A DNA stretch of 64,000 nucleotides, from NCBI RefSeq assembly GCF_009914755.1, contig NC_060928.1. One strand, written 5' to 3'. Made by a program: the position numbers and the translations under genes. The DNA comes from the human T2T-CHM13v2.0 reference genome, Homo sapiens. A model generated the notes under the pieces. The model saw nothing but the letters and a program-made list of their open reading frames with translations, was not told the origin of the DNA and did no database searches. This document shows positions 18,166-33,773 of the stretch, in pieces. Numbering within the stretch: the first letter of the stretch is position 1; the number at the start of each line of letters is the position of its first letter.

Positions 18166-18555
18166 TGTTACAGGCTGAATTGTGTGCCCCCAAAATCCAT
18201 ATATTGAAGCTCTAACCCCAGAATGTGACGGTTTTTGGAGACAAGGCCTTTAAAGAGATGATTAAGTCAAAGTGAGGCCATTAGGCTGGACCCAACCCAA
18301 TCTGACTGGTGTCCTTATAAGAAGAGGAAACGTGGACATACAAAGAGACAGGAAGGATGATATGCACAAAGGAATGACTATGGGAGGACAGAGCGAAAAG
18401 ATGACCATCTGCAAGCTAAGGAGGGAGGCCTCAGAAGAAACCAAAACTGATGGCACCTTGATCTTGGACTTCAGCCTCCAGAAGCATGAGAAATAAATTT
18501 CTATTGACCACCAGCCTGCGGTATTCTGATATGGCAGCCATAGCAGACTAATACA
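18166..18555 (+). mobile_element. MLT1B-like MaLR solo LTR
   Basis: TGTTACAGGCTGAATTGTG ... GCAGACTAATACA with 5-bp TSD GCTGG. Confidence 0.85.
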
Positions 18556-18880
18556 GCTGGAATTAGGATGTCTGAGTGCTCATGGTTTCTCCTCAACACT
18601 CACATAATATAGAGAGCTTATCATCAGTGCACTGACCCATTATTTTATCATGATCCATTTATGTCAGTGTCTCTCCCCCAGACTTGAGGACAGGTCACAG
18701 TGAGCTCTGATTTTTATTAGAGTTCATTTAATGAACTCTAATGTCTCCAGAACCTTATACAGTGCCTTATACAGGTTCATAAAAAGCAACAAAATTTTTT
18801 TAATTATTGCATTTTATTGCACAAAACACTACTTGCATGTCTAATAAAAAAGTATACATCTACACTCATCACTTTAATGA

Positions 18881-19193
<313 letters not shown>

Positions 19194-20092
19194 TAAGTGA
19201 TTTTTATCCTATTTAATGATTATTTATTCCTATGACAGTACAGTGTATACATTTATTATTGCCAGTTGCCTTTAGAATAATTTTATCAAGTCCCCTAAAA
19301 ATAAACTCTCACAACGTACTTTAAAGAGATTTTTTTAATTTTTGGATTAATTTTGGGAGAATCAACATGTTAACATATTAAATTTTTATCACATGACAAG
19401 GGATGTCTTCTCATTTACTAATTTACTTCTTAAAATTTACCTTGTATGTCTTTGTAATTTTTATTAAATAAGCTAGGCACATTTCTTATTAAATGTACTC
19501 TATGTATTTAAATTTGTTATTTCTAAATAAAATCTGTTGTATTATACCGTCTAACTATTAATAATTATTACTGGTCTAGAGGAAAACTACTTATATATTT
19601 ATTTTGTAGCCTATCATCTTCCTAAGTATCTTGTCAGTTTTAATATAGTTTTAAATTGATCCATTTGGGTTTTCTGGATAAACAATCATATTAACCACAG
19701 GTAATGATAATTTTCTCTCTTCAAAGTATATATCTTATTCTTTTTTCTTGTTTTATTGTGTTGGGTAGAATTTATAGAACAATGTTAAATAATAGATATT
19801 CTATCAGGCACTCCTTGACTTCTTGTTTCAGTCTCTAGAATTTCTCCTATTTTGCCCATTAATTTCAGATAAATTTTTCTTATTTTGTCAAAGAAATTTC
19901 TTTATAAAAAATTTTCTGTTTTATCAAGACTATATCATTGCATTTAACCAATTACCTTTTTATCAACTAAAGCTATAAAAATTGTTAAAGCTCAAGTTGA
20001 TTTGTACTTTGGAAAGGTAACATTTGAGAACCATTACCTATAACTGTAAGCACTTGTCCCAGACTATCAAGTAGCTATATTAGCATTGTTCA

Positions 20093-20407
<315 letters not shown>

Positions 20408-21517
20408 TCTTGGCACAAGGGTTGTCTGCTCATGGGAAAGGACATTATATTTCTACTTTAAGGATATGTAAGAAAGGACCAGCTGTGTAAATTTTGCTTA
20501 ATGCCATACCCAAAACTTATAAAATATAGTAGCCCAGATACCACATACTATCACCTGAGGTAAATGGCTGTAGCATCCTATGGATTTACTCCTTTGACCT
20601 ATTGATGGGGATATAGTAGAAAACAAAGGAAAGTTTCTGCCTAGGAAAATGCCTAGCGTTAGAGTAGGAACTAAATAAATATTTGTTGAATAAATTAATA
20701 AGTAAAAAATATTTAGGGTGCAGTAGCTTTTTTGGAGGTAGTTCTTAGACACTTTTTAAAATTTTGCTCATGATTTGTAGTCAACTTAACTCTTGATTCT
20801 TAATTTAAATTTGACATTTGTTTTTCTACAAAATAATTTATTTTACCCAAACTTTTTAGTTTTCAACACATTAACTTTCTAACTTAAAAAATTACCTCCA
20901 AGAAAAAGAGAGTGATCTGCAATGGCTGTTTTGTTGATATCTTCAATTAAAGAGGTTTCTTTTCCTTTTTGAAAAAATTTTTTTCTCTAAGGACTAGGGT
21001 CTGTTATTTACACTTTCCTCATTAATTTCTAACTTTGACTGTGGCCTGTATAGTTTTTTGCTTTACTGAGATTATTTTTGTTAACAATGTTTGTAAATGA
21101 TTCCAGAATGGAGAAAAGAGGGCGTATTCTCTAGGGGACATAAGGTACAACAGGTAAATAATAGGCCTTTTAATTTCATTGACACCCTAATACTTCACTC
21201 CCTACCCTCTTTTATTTGCTGAGTGGGAAAATGACAATGAAATGAGTGATTGGTGTTTATGGGTGTTAGCCAAGTGAAAGAATGAGTGTAATTGAACAAA
21301 CTGATTAAAGGATATATAAACAAAAAGTCAAAATGTAAAAAGCCCGTTTTAAGAGGTATCTTTATTGATAGAAACATTTTAAAATCTTGTTTTAAGACTG
21401 TTCAACTTTCCAATATAGAATGAAATCACTGATATTTTGAAACATGTAATCTTATTACATGATGAATGCAGTACGCATTTTTTAATTAAAGAAAAACATG
21501 ACAGTAATTGATAACAG

Positions 21518-21837
21518 TTTTTTATTTTTCTTTCTTTCTTTCTTTTTTTTTTTTTTTGATACAGCGTCTCTCTCTTTCACTCAGGCTGGAGTGCAGTGGT
21601 GTGATCTCGGCTCACTGCAACCACAACCTCCTGGGCTCAAGTGATCCTCCCACCTCAGCCTCCTGAGTAGCTGGGACTACAAACACATGCCACCACACCT
21701 GGGCTAATTTTTGCATTTTTTTAGAGACAAGGTTTTGCCATATTGCCCAGGCTGGTCTCCAACTGTTGGGCTCAAGGATCTACCTACTCCAGCCTCCCAG
21801 AGTGCTGGGATTACAGGTGTGAGCTACCAGGCCCAGC
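21518..21837 (-). mobile_element. AluJ
   Basis: Alu consensus. Confidence 0.9.
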
Positions 21838-22478
21838 CAATAACTGTTTTTTCTGATTAAAATATACACGCTTATCACAGTTATTTAAAAGAAGGCAAGG
21901 TGATTTAAATTCTAGCTCCTTCATAGAGTAGTATTGTATCCTCGGGCAAGGCACTTAATCTCTTCAGACCACTTATTCATCTCTTCAGACCACTTATTCA
22001 TCTCTGAAAGGGGATATGCAGGTTGTTATAATAATGTTGATAAAGTATCTGATACTTAAGTTTCCAGTGAGTTGGAGCTCTTATTTTTAGGAGTGAATTC
22101 TTTAAGATTTACATGAGTTTGATAGTGTCCTATCTCCAAATTTTAGAAAGAAAAATCAGTATATGACACTTCCTTTGGGGAAAAACATACCTGTCAAAGG
22201 TATTGTTTTTGACTTCTAAAAATAAAACTAAAATTTGTGAAAAGCAGGTAGCATTTACTATTTTGTGATATTCAGATTAGCAGAATCATATTGCCAGGTA
22301 GAGTATTCACTTATCTGTCAAAAAGACAGAGAAGTTAATAAAAATACAATCATAGCTGTATCTAGAGAGCACATCACATGAAAAGCAAAGCAAAAGCTGA
22401 AACTTTAAAGAGTCAAAACAGAAGTATAAGCATTTGTGAAAAATATAACTCTAATTATCGTTATCACTGGGTTCTTAC

Positions 22479-22586
22479 CTTTGGTTGTTTAAGTAATATA
22501 ACTTTGTCTTCTAGAAGTGGACGTCACTGGTGTATCCAAACAAACAGGGATATACGGTAAATCTTGACATTGTCAAAATCCAGGCC
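22479..22586 (-). other. CNGA1: CNGA1 5' UTR exon (108 nt)
   Basis: Acceptor aaaattag|GGCCTG and consensus donor CCAAAG|gtaaga. Stops in all three frames (non-coding). Unique, repeat-free sequence. Confidence 0.8.
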
Positions 22587-23894
22587 CTAATTTTTTAAAA
22601 ATAATAAACATGCTGATTTTTTCCCTTTCCTCAAAGATACACAAATGGCTAGTTTTCAAAATTATTCCCAGGGAAATAAACAGTTCGTCGCATTGTCAAA
22701 GTAGGATTTTCATGACTCGGCATTGGATTTGCGGATTTACACATGGATGAAAATAACAGCAACATCATTATCCTTTGCTTGAGTCTGAGCCTATTAATAC
22801 GAATGAGAGTTAGAAATAAAAGAGGGGTTCTCAAAGCTACATCTCTCAACAAATTTGAAAGTAAACCACATGTACTATTGCCTGATGAATTTTATTAAAA
22901 TTATACCTCCAACTTCACCCAGGGTTATCATCTTGAAAATAGCGTCTAGGTTTTTTACAAAGTATAATTACATTTTCAAATACAGTGCCATGATATTAAA
23001 AGTTATTTAAAATATTAGTAGGATGCACTTCATTAGTCATTGATCTTTTAATTGTCTGTTTTATGGAGGAATTGCATATTTGACAGATACCTAGTCAAGA
23101 AATAAAATAGGATAAAGCTGAGCTTGCCTGAAAGAAAAATTCATACTTTAGATGTATAAAAATCATCACAATATTTCAGTTAGTGTCTCAGTGTTACTCT
23201 AATAACCTAAAAGTAAATTTCCCTAAGAACTCTTTTATGCAATATATGACAGGCTACATACTCACAAAACTTTTGCTTATGGCTGAAAATCAGAATGACA
23301 TGAAATAAATACTGTTTCCATTTAGCAAAACTGCCTTTATTTCCATCTATTAGCTCCAAAAATACATCATGCATTCTCCAGTATTTGCAATATTTTTCTT
23401 GCTGAACAATGAACAACCGAGTAACACTTATTGCCTCAGTTGAATGGTTTCAGCTCCAGTAGCGTAGGAGGCTCTCAAGAGAGGAGGCACCTCAAGATGC
23501 CTAGCAGAGAAAATTAGAGGAGTACTGTGTACCTTAGGAAGATTGACTTCTGAGTTCCAGAATTGTAAAAATTAAATTCATATTTCTAATATAAAACATG
23601 CTTCATAAAAAGATATTACAGAAAGAAAGAAAAGAAAATGGAAACATAGTCTTACTATTTTGGCATAACCAATATTAACATTTTCCTTATACCTACCATT
23701 ATATTCTTAAATTAAAATTATTCTGATTTTATGTAATATTATATTATGATAATATTTATATCGCTAAATATCTATCTAATGCGTTCTTTTTAAGATTACA
23801 TAATCTTCTATTGTATTTCATTATACCATAATTCATTGATTCATTTTCCTATTATTGGATATTTTTTCCTCTGGTCTAAAACATTTCAAAATGA

Positions 23895-24189
<295 letters not shown>

Positions 24190-24393
24190 TCAAAATGAAT
24201 ATTCTTACTCTTCATTATGTACCTCTGTGATTAGTGTTTACTTAGAAATTAGATCACTGGATCTAAAAAAGTGTATTAACACATGTGGCCTCTTGTGCCA
24301 CAATTTAGCTTTATGCTAAAATGTTATTGTGTCCATCCTTTATATCATGCTTCTCTCTAGACTACATAATCTGCTTAAGAAAATAAGCCCCTT

Positions 24394-24760
<367 letters not shown>

Positions 24761-25006
24761 TTAAGTCTATCTCTATGAAATTAATGGTAAATATTTGGAA
24801 ACCCATGAAGTAATCAACAGACACACAAAGAAATTATCAAGAGAATGAACTTAACTTTCTTCAAATCCTAAAACAATTCTGTGAAGTAGAAAAGGTATCT
24901 ACTTCATCTTTTGAAGAAGAAAATGAAGGCTGGGAGATGAGGTCATTTGTCCAGAGTCACAATGGCTGCTACCATATCAGAGTTAGCTGTGATTCACACC
25001 CAGAGA

Positions 25007-25147
25007 GGGTTACTAGATTTGGCAACTAAAAGTACAGTATAAGTATATATCAAATATTGCATGAGACAAACTTATTTTAAAAATTGGGTTTTTTAAATCT
25101 GAAATTCAAATTTAACTGGGTAGTCTGTGTTTTATCTGATACCTCTA
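25007..25147. mobile_element. MER53-like MITE nested in a MIR
   Basis: agggttactagattt ... ttatctgatacctct with a near-palindromic layout. MIR sequence on both sides. Confidence 0.6.
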
Positions 25148-25420
25148 TGTCTAGGCCTATCTGACTTCAGAGCACCACACTACTTTTGACATCTGGAAGG
25201 TAAAAACATGGAAAATTAGTCAAGTCGCCTATTTCAGCAAATTGCCTCTAACAGTGATAGCAAAGAATTCTTCTACAGAAAAACGTTTTTCATCAACTGT
25301 TATTCAATTTCCTCATCTTTACATTGAATGCACCTGTAAACCCCTTAGCACTTTACCTGCATACAAATGCAAAATTTGATAATGCCCACTATTACTTTTT
25401 ATAATATTCTTGTCCCTTGA

Positions 25421-25790
<370 letters not shown>

Positions 25791-26059
25791 TATAATTGTC
25801 CCTCACATCTAAGAAATGTTTTTTAATTACCCAATTTGGATCTAGCATTCATGAAAGTACTCAGACCAGACCTCTGTGGGTCTCCTTAATATTTTCAACT
25901 TAATATTGCTTCTTGGGGAGTTAAGATCTTCAGAAAATGACTGCCTGTTGTTGAATGTGGAAGACCTTTTTGTTTTTACATTCAGTGTTCACTTTACTTT
26001 AGCCTCTCTAATGCCAACTGTTGTTATCCACTTTGGGGGAGTTTTCTACGATATCACAC

Positions 26060-26285
26060 TGAGCTTAAATATATGGGTTTTGTAGTCCCAGGACTGAGTT
26101 TGAATCTCAGCTCTGCTGTTCACTAGCTCTGGGATTTGGAGCATGATAATGAACTGCTGGGTCTCAGTTGCAGTTTTCATGAAATGAGCATAATAATATC
26201 TAGTAGGTTTATTGTGAGGATTAAATGAGACATAGTAATATGAAGCATTTATTACTGTTCCTAAAGCATTGTAAATACTTGAGAA
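26060..26285 (+). mobile_element. MIR
   Basis: gagtttgaatctcagctctgc ... gtgaggattaaatgaga MIR core. Confidence 0.75.
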
Positions 26286-27212
26286 GAGGCTATCAATTTT
26301 AAAAAGACAAATATCAAAGTTAAACTTTGTTTTACAATAATTGCATTGCAATAAATTTACATGGTTTCTTTTTAAAAGTGGAAGATATATTTTCTGGTTA
26401 GAAAATATACCAGGGTTAATTAGAGCAATCTTCTTGCAGTCCTACCTACCTCATACACAGATGATGTGATTATAATAAACATATCTAAAAAGAAATCAAA
26501 ATGACAAGATCCAGAATTCGCTCCCATAGGTAGCCATGAATGTTTATTTTCTTCATGGTTTGCTTGTTACTTGAAACTTTCTTAAATGATTTTAATGAAT
26601 TAAATAAAACAGGGTAATGATTATAGTAAACCTTTCTTCCTTCAGCCAACTTAAATCTTGGTCAATATCATGAAACTTCATAGAACTTGTCATTATAAAA
26701 CAGCTCTTCCACAATGAATCTCACATACACACACACTCTCTCTCTCCATATTCCAAATAACTGATTTGATTTATCTCAAAAATAAAGCAAATTATTGCTT
26801 TCTTTACTAGCTCTCACACTTCCTTCGTCTATCTTCCCCCACCCCCCCAAAAAAAACCATATTTAAGAATGAACTAAATATTACGGATTCCTGGGATCAT
26901 GTGGATTAGTTGTGTGGTCTTGAGAAAATTACTTAGCTTTTTCAAGGTTCAATTTCCTTATTTGTAAAATGGAAATAACACCTACCTCATTAGGTTTTTC
27001 TGAGACTTAAATGGATTTAGCATTTCACACACTGTCAGTATATAAAGAGGACACTTCATAATTGTGCTCTCTCTTCCTTTTCCTTCCTTCTAAAGTGTGG
27101 AGCACCTAAACTGGAGCTTTGCAGCATATTGCTGAGGGCTTAACTGTACCCATTATGCTGCAATGGGAGTTTTCATAAGCAGATATCTGTGGCTGCTAAG
27201 TAATTAACTTGT

Positions 27213-27494
27213 GCCAGGTGCAGTGGCTCACACTTGTAATCACTTTGGGAGGCAGAGGTGGGCGGATCACTTGAGGTCAGGAGTTCGAGACCAGCCTGGT
27301 CACTATGGTGAAACCCCATCTCTACTAAAATACAAAAATGAGCAAGGCATGATGGTGCATGCCCATAATCCCAGCTATTTGGGAGGCTGAGGCAGGAGAA
27401 TGACTTAAACCCAGGAGGCGGAGTTGCAGTAAGCCGAGATTGCACCACTGCCAGCCTGGGTGACAGAGTGAGACTCTATTTCAAAAAAAAAAAA
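27213..27494 (+). mobile_element. AluS
   Basis: Alu consensus. Confidence 0.9.
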
Positions 27495-28056
27495 GACACA
27501 AAGCCATTTTTATACCTTGTTTCTAAGTAATTTATTATATAATTCTAGCAAAATATAACCAGGTGAAGTAATTTCAATTTATTTTCAATTTTCATTCAAT
27601 ATTTTCATTTTTAATGAGAATCTGTGTTTTCATGTGTGTAGAGTGTTTAACAATGCAAAATAATAATCCTTCATAAAGGCATAAAATTTGCTCAAATGTT
27701 TGTACATTCATTTCACATATAATTCTTGAGTATCTACGGTGTGCTGGGCACTTTTCTACGAGGCACAAAGAAAAGTTCCTTCCTCAGAGACTCCACAGAG
27801 GCAGGACACAGGCAAACAAAAAAATAAAAAAAAGAGAGAGAGAAAGAGAGATGATTACAAAACAGTGTGATAAAGGGCTGAGAGATTACATACAAGGAGC
27901 CCAAAAATTTGGGGAGGAAAGGAACTGAACTGGAAGGCTTTGGGAAGATTATCTTTTTGCTGAAATTGAAGGTAAGTTGGAATTTCATGTGCATATATAA
28001 AACTTACATACTACAATATTTTTCTGATTTATCCAAGTTTAAAAGGATAAGAGTAT

Positions 28057-28101
28057 TGTGTTGTGTTGTGTTGTGTTGTGTTGAGTTGTGTTGTGTTGTG
28101 T
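28057..28101. repeat. (TGTTG)n pentanucleotide repeat
   Basis: Directly visible. Confidence 0.9.
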
Positions 28102-28469
28102 TTTCCCCTCCAAAGCATGATTAGCTTGACCCTGTATACCTATCACTGGATTTCTTTTCCGGGTACCTGCAGTAACCTTGACTGATAGAACATAGCTGCA
28201 TTGGATTATCTATTTAGTAGGCTACTTTTAATCTTGTTCCCTGTCTTGCTTTGTCAGCTCCCTCTAAATCTTCATAATCCTATTTAACCTACCTCTAACT
28301 ATAGATGCTCATTTGCATGACACTGATTCTCTGTATTTTTATTCAAAAATTATATGATTTGAGGGATTCTGGCTCTTGATCCTAAGTTATTAAATATTTG
28401 ATAGTCTGTCTTCCTACACACCAAGACCTTCAGCCAGAGTGGTCAATGATGCCTTCATGTTTATAACCA

Positions 28470-29380
28470 TAATAATTAAACGTTATGTAATTAATTGTTT
28501 ATATCTATTTCCCCTGTAGGAACTGTAAATGTCATGAGATCAGGAACCATGTCTATGTTGCCCATTACTTGTCCATTACCGTATCTCTAGCATTCAGTTT
28601 GATACTATGCATAGTCATTCATTCAACAAATATGTAAATATTAAATGACAGGCTCTCTTCTAAGCATTGCAGAGTCAATAGGTAACAAAACTAATTTCTG
28701 CCCTTGTGGAGCATACACTCTAATAAGATGGGAAAGACAATAAATAAAGTAATAAATATATAAGCACTCAGATGTTGATTATTGATATGATAAAGAAGAA
28801 AACAAGGGAAAGAAATAGAAAATGATATGGGGTGGGGCAGGACTATCTTAGATGGGGTTTTCAGGAAAGGCCTCATTTAGCAGAGACCTGAATATAGACA
28901 CAGAGGTAGCCATGCCCACTTCCAAGGGAAGAGTTTGCCCAGCAAGAAAACAACATGTGCAAAGACAGAACTGTGTTGGTGTGTTTAATGAAAAGCAGAG
29001 AAGCCACTGTGGCTAAGTTAGAGGAAGCAAGGGGAAGAGGGATTTAAAGAGTTAAGGTCTTAGAAGATAGATCAGGTGGAGAACAGTCAGGAGGCAACTG
29101 TAGTAATTCATTCAGTGAGAGGTGAGCATGGTTCAGACCAGGTTGGTACAGGTGGAAGCGGTGAGAACGGGTCAGATTCTTGATATATTTTTAAGACAGA
29201 GGCAATAAGATTTGGTGATTGATTGTTTGTGGGGTGTGTGTGAAACAGTGAAGTCAAAGATGACTGTAGATTTTCTTACTTAAAGCTACTAAAAAAGAGG
29301 TTGCAATTTGATGAGACAGGAAGGACATAAGGAAAAGCAAGCTTGGGGTAGAGGGGAATTAGGAGTTCTATTTGAAAAAT
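28470..29380. mobile_element. L2 fragments
   Basis: cattcattcaacaaatat, tgcccttgtggagc and ggaaaggcctc L2-type motifs. Confidence 0.65.
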
Positions 29381-30726
29381 AAGGCATTGTAGGCTTTTTT
29401 CTCTCACAAAAAACAGGAAAATAAAGAAAAAGGAAAATAAGGCATTGTACACGTCAGTGCCTCAGTAATATTCATTGGAATGAATGAATTAAACACTTCT
29501 GTATTTTTTTTACTTAGGATTCCAAACAAGAGGAAATGGAGGCTATACAGCTCTCAGAGTAGCAACATTAATAATGAGATAAACTCCACCTTAAATGGGT
29601 TGAGGAAAAAATAATAATAATGAAATAAACAACACTGCCTTCCACAGCTCTTTGAGTGCAAAAGTTCTCATACAGATTTCACTGGCAAAGTCTGGGGGTC
29701 CAGGACTCAATGATATTATATTTAGTATAATATTGTAATTTAGTATAATATCATAATTTAGTAAATATATACAAGTGTGTTCTTTTCTGAGACAATTCAT
29801 CAAATTGCCTCCTCAAAATAGCTAATGTGAGTCAATATATTCATTCATTCAGTGTACATTTATTTAGTACCTCTTAACTCTTCCTCATTAAAAGACCTCA
29901 ATTTGAGTCCACAGTACAGTCATCCCTAGGTATACGTGGTGATCGGTTTGGTTGAAAAAAATCCACATATAAGCGGACCCATGTAGTTCAAGCCCAAGTT
30001 GTTCAAGGGTCAACTTTAAATAGAATGTACAGGATTAAGAAAATGCTATTGTTCTTAGTTTTTTAAAAAAAAAGGATATTACATGCTAGACACTGGGCAA
30101 GGGAGTGTTCATTAGATCCCCTACTGTGAAAAGCAATTTGCCTAGTCAAGAGTATCACCTTGGGACATTAGACAAACTTTGGTTAAAATTTCAAATTTTC
30201 TACTTGCTTAGCTGTGTTACTTAGGTCAAGTTACGTCCTTCATGATTTCTTAATTAAATGATCAATCTAATGTGTAAACTGCCAAAAATGAGGTGCTCCA
30301 TCTATGGTTAGATTCCTGCTAATGAGCAAACTATCTTTGGTTATAATTTAACTTCTCAGGTAGATTTGTTTACAGGGAAACTCATTAGTTACAGAACATG
30401 AGCATCCAATCTGTAAAACCAGACCCTTGAAAGTTAATTTTATATGAAATCTGTCCAGAATCCCTTAATCACTGAACAAGTAAATAAAATAAAATTTTGA
30501 TCACACACAATTCTACCTCTGGGAGTTGTACACTTACCAGGGTACCATCATTCTACGGTAACTGAAATTTCAAGCCCCCCCATAAATTACTAACCATTAT
30601 AAAATAAGTAAATTATTTATTATTGTGTCTGAATTTAAATGACCTTGAAAACTGATAAAATTTTGGTCAGTCTTAAAGATCTAAGAAAAGTTAAATAATC
30701 AAAATTTAGCACCTGATTTAAAAAAA

Positions 30727-33700
30727 AATTTTTTTTGTTTCCGTAGGTTATTGGGGAAGCTGGTGGTGTTTGGTTACATGAGTAAGTTCTTTTGTGGTGA
30801 TTTGTGAGATTTCATTGCACCCATTGCCCAAGCAGTATACACTGAACCCTATTTGTAGTCTTTGCTCCCTCACCCCCTTCCCACCCTTTCCCCCTGATTC
30901 CCCAAGTCCATTGTGTCATTCTTATTGCGGGAAGTCAAGAACCCCGAACGGAGGGACCAGCTGAAGCTGCAGCAGAAGAACATAAATTGTGAAGATTTCA
31001 TGGACATTTATTAGTTCCCAGAATTAATACTTTTATAATTTCTTATGCCTGTCTTACTTTAATCTCTTAATCCCATCATCTTCATAAGCTGAGGATGTGT
31101 GTTGCCTCAGGACCCTGTGATGATTGCATTAACGGTACAAATTGTGTGTAAAACATATGTGTTTGAACAATATGAAACTGATTGTAAAACATGGGTGTTT
31201 GAACAATATGAAATCAGTGCACCCTGAAAAAGAACAGAATAACAGTGATTTTCAGGGAACGAGGGAGGATAAAGGTCTGACTGCCTGTGGGGTCAGGCAG
31301 AATACAGCCATATTTTTCTTTCTGCAGAAAGCGAGTAGGAGAAATATCGCTGAATTCTTTTCTCAGCAAGGAATAAACCTGGGGAAGGAATGCATTCTTG
31401 GGGGGAGGTCTATAGATGGCCACTCTGGGAGTGTCTGTCTTATGCGGTTGAGATAAGGGCTGAAATACGCCCTGGTCTCCTGCAGTACCCTCAGGCTTAC
31501 TGGGATTGGAAAATTCCAGCCTGGTAAATTCTAGTCAGACCAGTTCTCTGCTTTCGAACCCTGTTTCCTGTTAAGATGTTTATCAAGACAATGCATGCAC
31601 AGTGGGACATAGACCTCCATCAGTATTTCTAATTTTGCCTTGCCTTGTGATCTTTATTGCCCGTTGAAGCATGTAATCCTTGTGACCTACTCCCTGTTTG
31701 TACACCCCCTCCCTTTCTAAAATCCCTAATAAAAACTTGCTGATTTTGCGGCTCGGCGTCACCATCACGGTCCTACCAATATGTGATGGCACTCCCGGAG
31801 GCCCAGCTGTAAAATTTCTCTCTTTGTACTCTTTTTCTTTATTTCTCAGACCAGCCAACACTTAGGGAAAATAGAAAGAACCTACGTTGAAATATGGGGG
31901 CTGGTTCCCCCAAAACATTCTTATGCTTTTGCATCCTCATAGCTTAGCTCCCACTTACGAGCGAGAATATACAATATTTGGTTTCCCATTCCTGAGTTAC
32001 TTCACTTAGAATAATAGTCACTAATCTCATCTAGGTAGCCATGAATGTCATTAATTCATTCCTTTTTATGGTTGAGTAGTATTCCATTATATATATATAC
32101 ATGTATATACACCATGATCTCTTTATCCACTCATTGATTCATGGGCATTTGGACTGATTCTATGTTTTTTGCAATTGCAAATTGTGCTGCTATAAGCATG
32201 AGTGTGCAAGTATCCTTTTTGTATAACAACTTCTTTTCCCCTGGGTAGATACCGAGTACTGGGATTGCTGGATCAAATGGCAGTTCTACTTTTATTTCTT
32301 TAAGGAATCTCCACACTGTCTTCCATAGTGATTGCACTAATTTACATTCCCACCAGCAGTGTAGAAATGTTCCCTCTTCACCGCATCCATGCAAACATCT
32401 ACTATTTTCTGATATTTTGATTATGGCCATTCTTGCAGGAGTAAGATGGTATTGCATTTCGCATTGTGGTTTTGATTTGCATTTCCCTGATCATTCGTGA
32501 TGTTGAGCATTTTTTCATATGTTTGTTTGCCATTTGTATATCTTCTTTTGAGAATTGTCTATTCATGTTCTTAGCCCACTTTTTGATGGAATTGTTTGTT
32601 TTTTTCTTGCTGATTTGTTTGACTTCATTGTAGATTCTGGATATTAGTCCTTTGTCAGATGTATAGATTGTGAAGATTTCCTCCCACTCTGTGGGTTGTC
32701 TGTTTACTCTGCTGACTGTTCCTTTTGCCAGGTAAAAGCACTTTAGTTTAATTAAGTTCCAACTATTTATCTTTGTTTTTATTGCATTTGCTTTTAAGTT
32801 CTTGGTCATGAAAACTCTGCCTAAGCCAATGTCTAGAAGGGTTTTTTCAATGTTATCTTCTAGAATTTGTATAGTTTCAGGTCTTAGGTTTAAGTCTTTA
32901 ATCCATCTTGAGTTGATTTTTATATAAGGTGGGAGATGAGGATGAACTTTTATTCTCCTACATGTGGCTAGCCAATTAGCCAAGCACCATTTGTTGAAAA
33001 GGATGCCCTTTCCCCACTTTATGTTTTTGTTTGCTTTGTTGAAGATCAGTTGGCTGCAAGTATTTAGGCTTATTTCTGGGTTTTCTATTCTGTTCCATTG
33101 GTCTATGTGCCTATTTTTATGCCAGTATCATGCTGTTTTGGTGACTATGGCCTTATAGTATAGTTTGAAATCAGGTAATGTGATGCCTCTAGACTTGCTC
33201 TTTTTGCTTAGTCTTGCTTTGGCTATAAGGGCTCTTTTTTGGTTCCATATGAATTTTAGAATTTTTTTATAGTTCTATGAAGAATGATGGTGGTATTTTG
33301 ATGGGAATTGCATTAAATTTGTAGCTTGCTTTTGATAGTGTGGTCATTTTCACAATATTGATTCTACCCATCCATGAGCATGGGATGTGTTTCCATTTGT
33401 TTGTGTCATCTATGATTTCTTTCAACAGTGTTTTGTAGTTTTCCTTGTAGAGTTCTTTCAACTCTTTGGTTAGGTATATTCCTAAGTATTTTGGTTTTTT
33501 TGCAGCTATTGTAAAAAAAAGGTTGAGTTCTTGATTTGATTCTCAGCTTGGTTGCTGTTGGTGCATAGCAGAGCTACTGATTTGTGTACATTAATTTTGT
33601 ATCCGGCAATTTTGCTGAATTCTTTTATCAGTTCTATGAGTTTTCTGGAGGAGTCTTTAGGATTTTCTAGGTAAACAATCATACCATCAGCAAACAGTGA

Positions 33701-33733
33701 CAGTTTGACTTCATCTTTACTGATTTGGATGCC

Positions 33734-33773
<40 letters not shown>

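Noticed and set aside
21959-22004. 21-bp tandem duplication
   Set aside because: Ordinary slippage duplication inside a MIR remnant.
26379-29598. Faint resemblance of the DD-x14-DPEFA segment to IQCH-like proteins
   Set aside because: Based on a few residues recalled from memory, which is not enough to assign a family without a profile search.
30377-30479. Another + strand AG...GT segment that could belong to the antisense chain
   Set aside because: Does not fit the phase chain without assuming a frameshift, so it was left out to avoid over-fitting.
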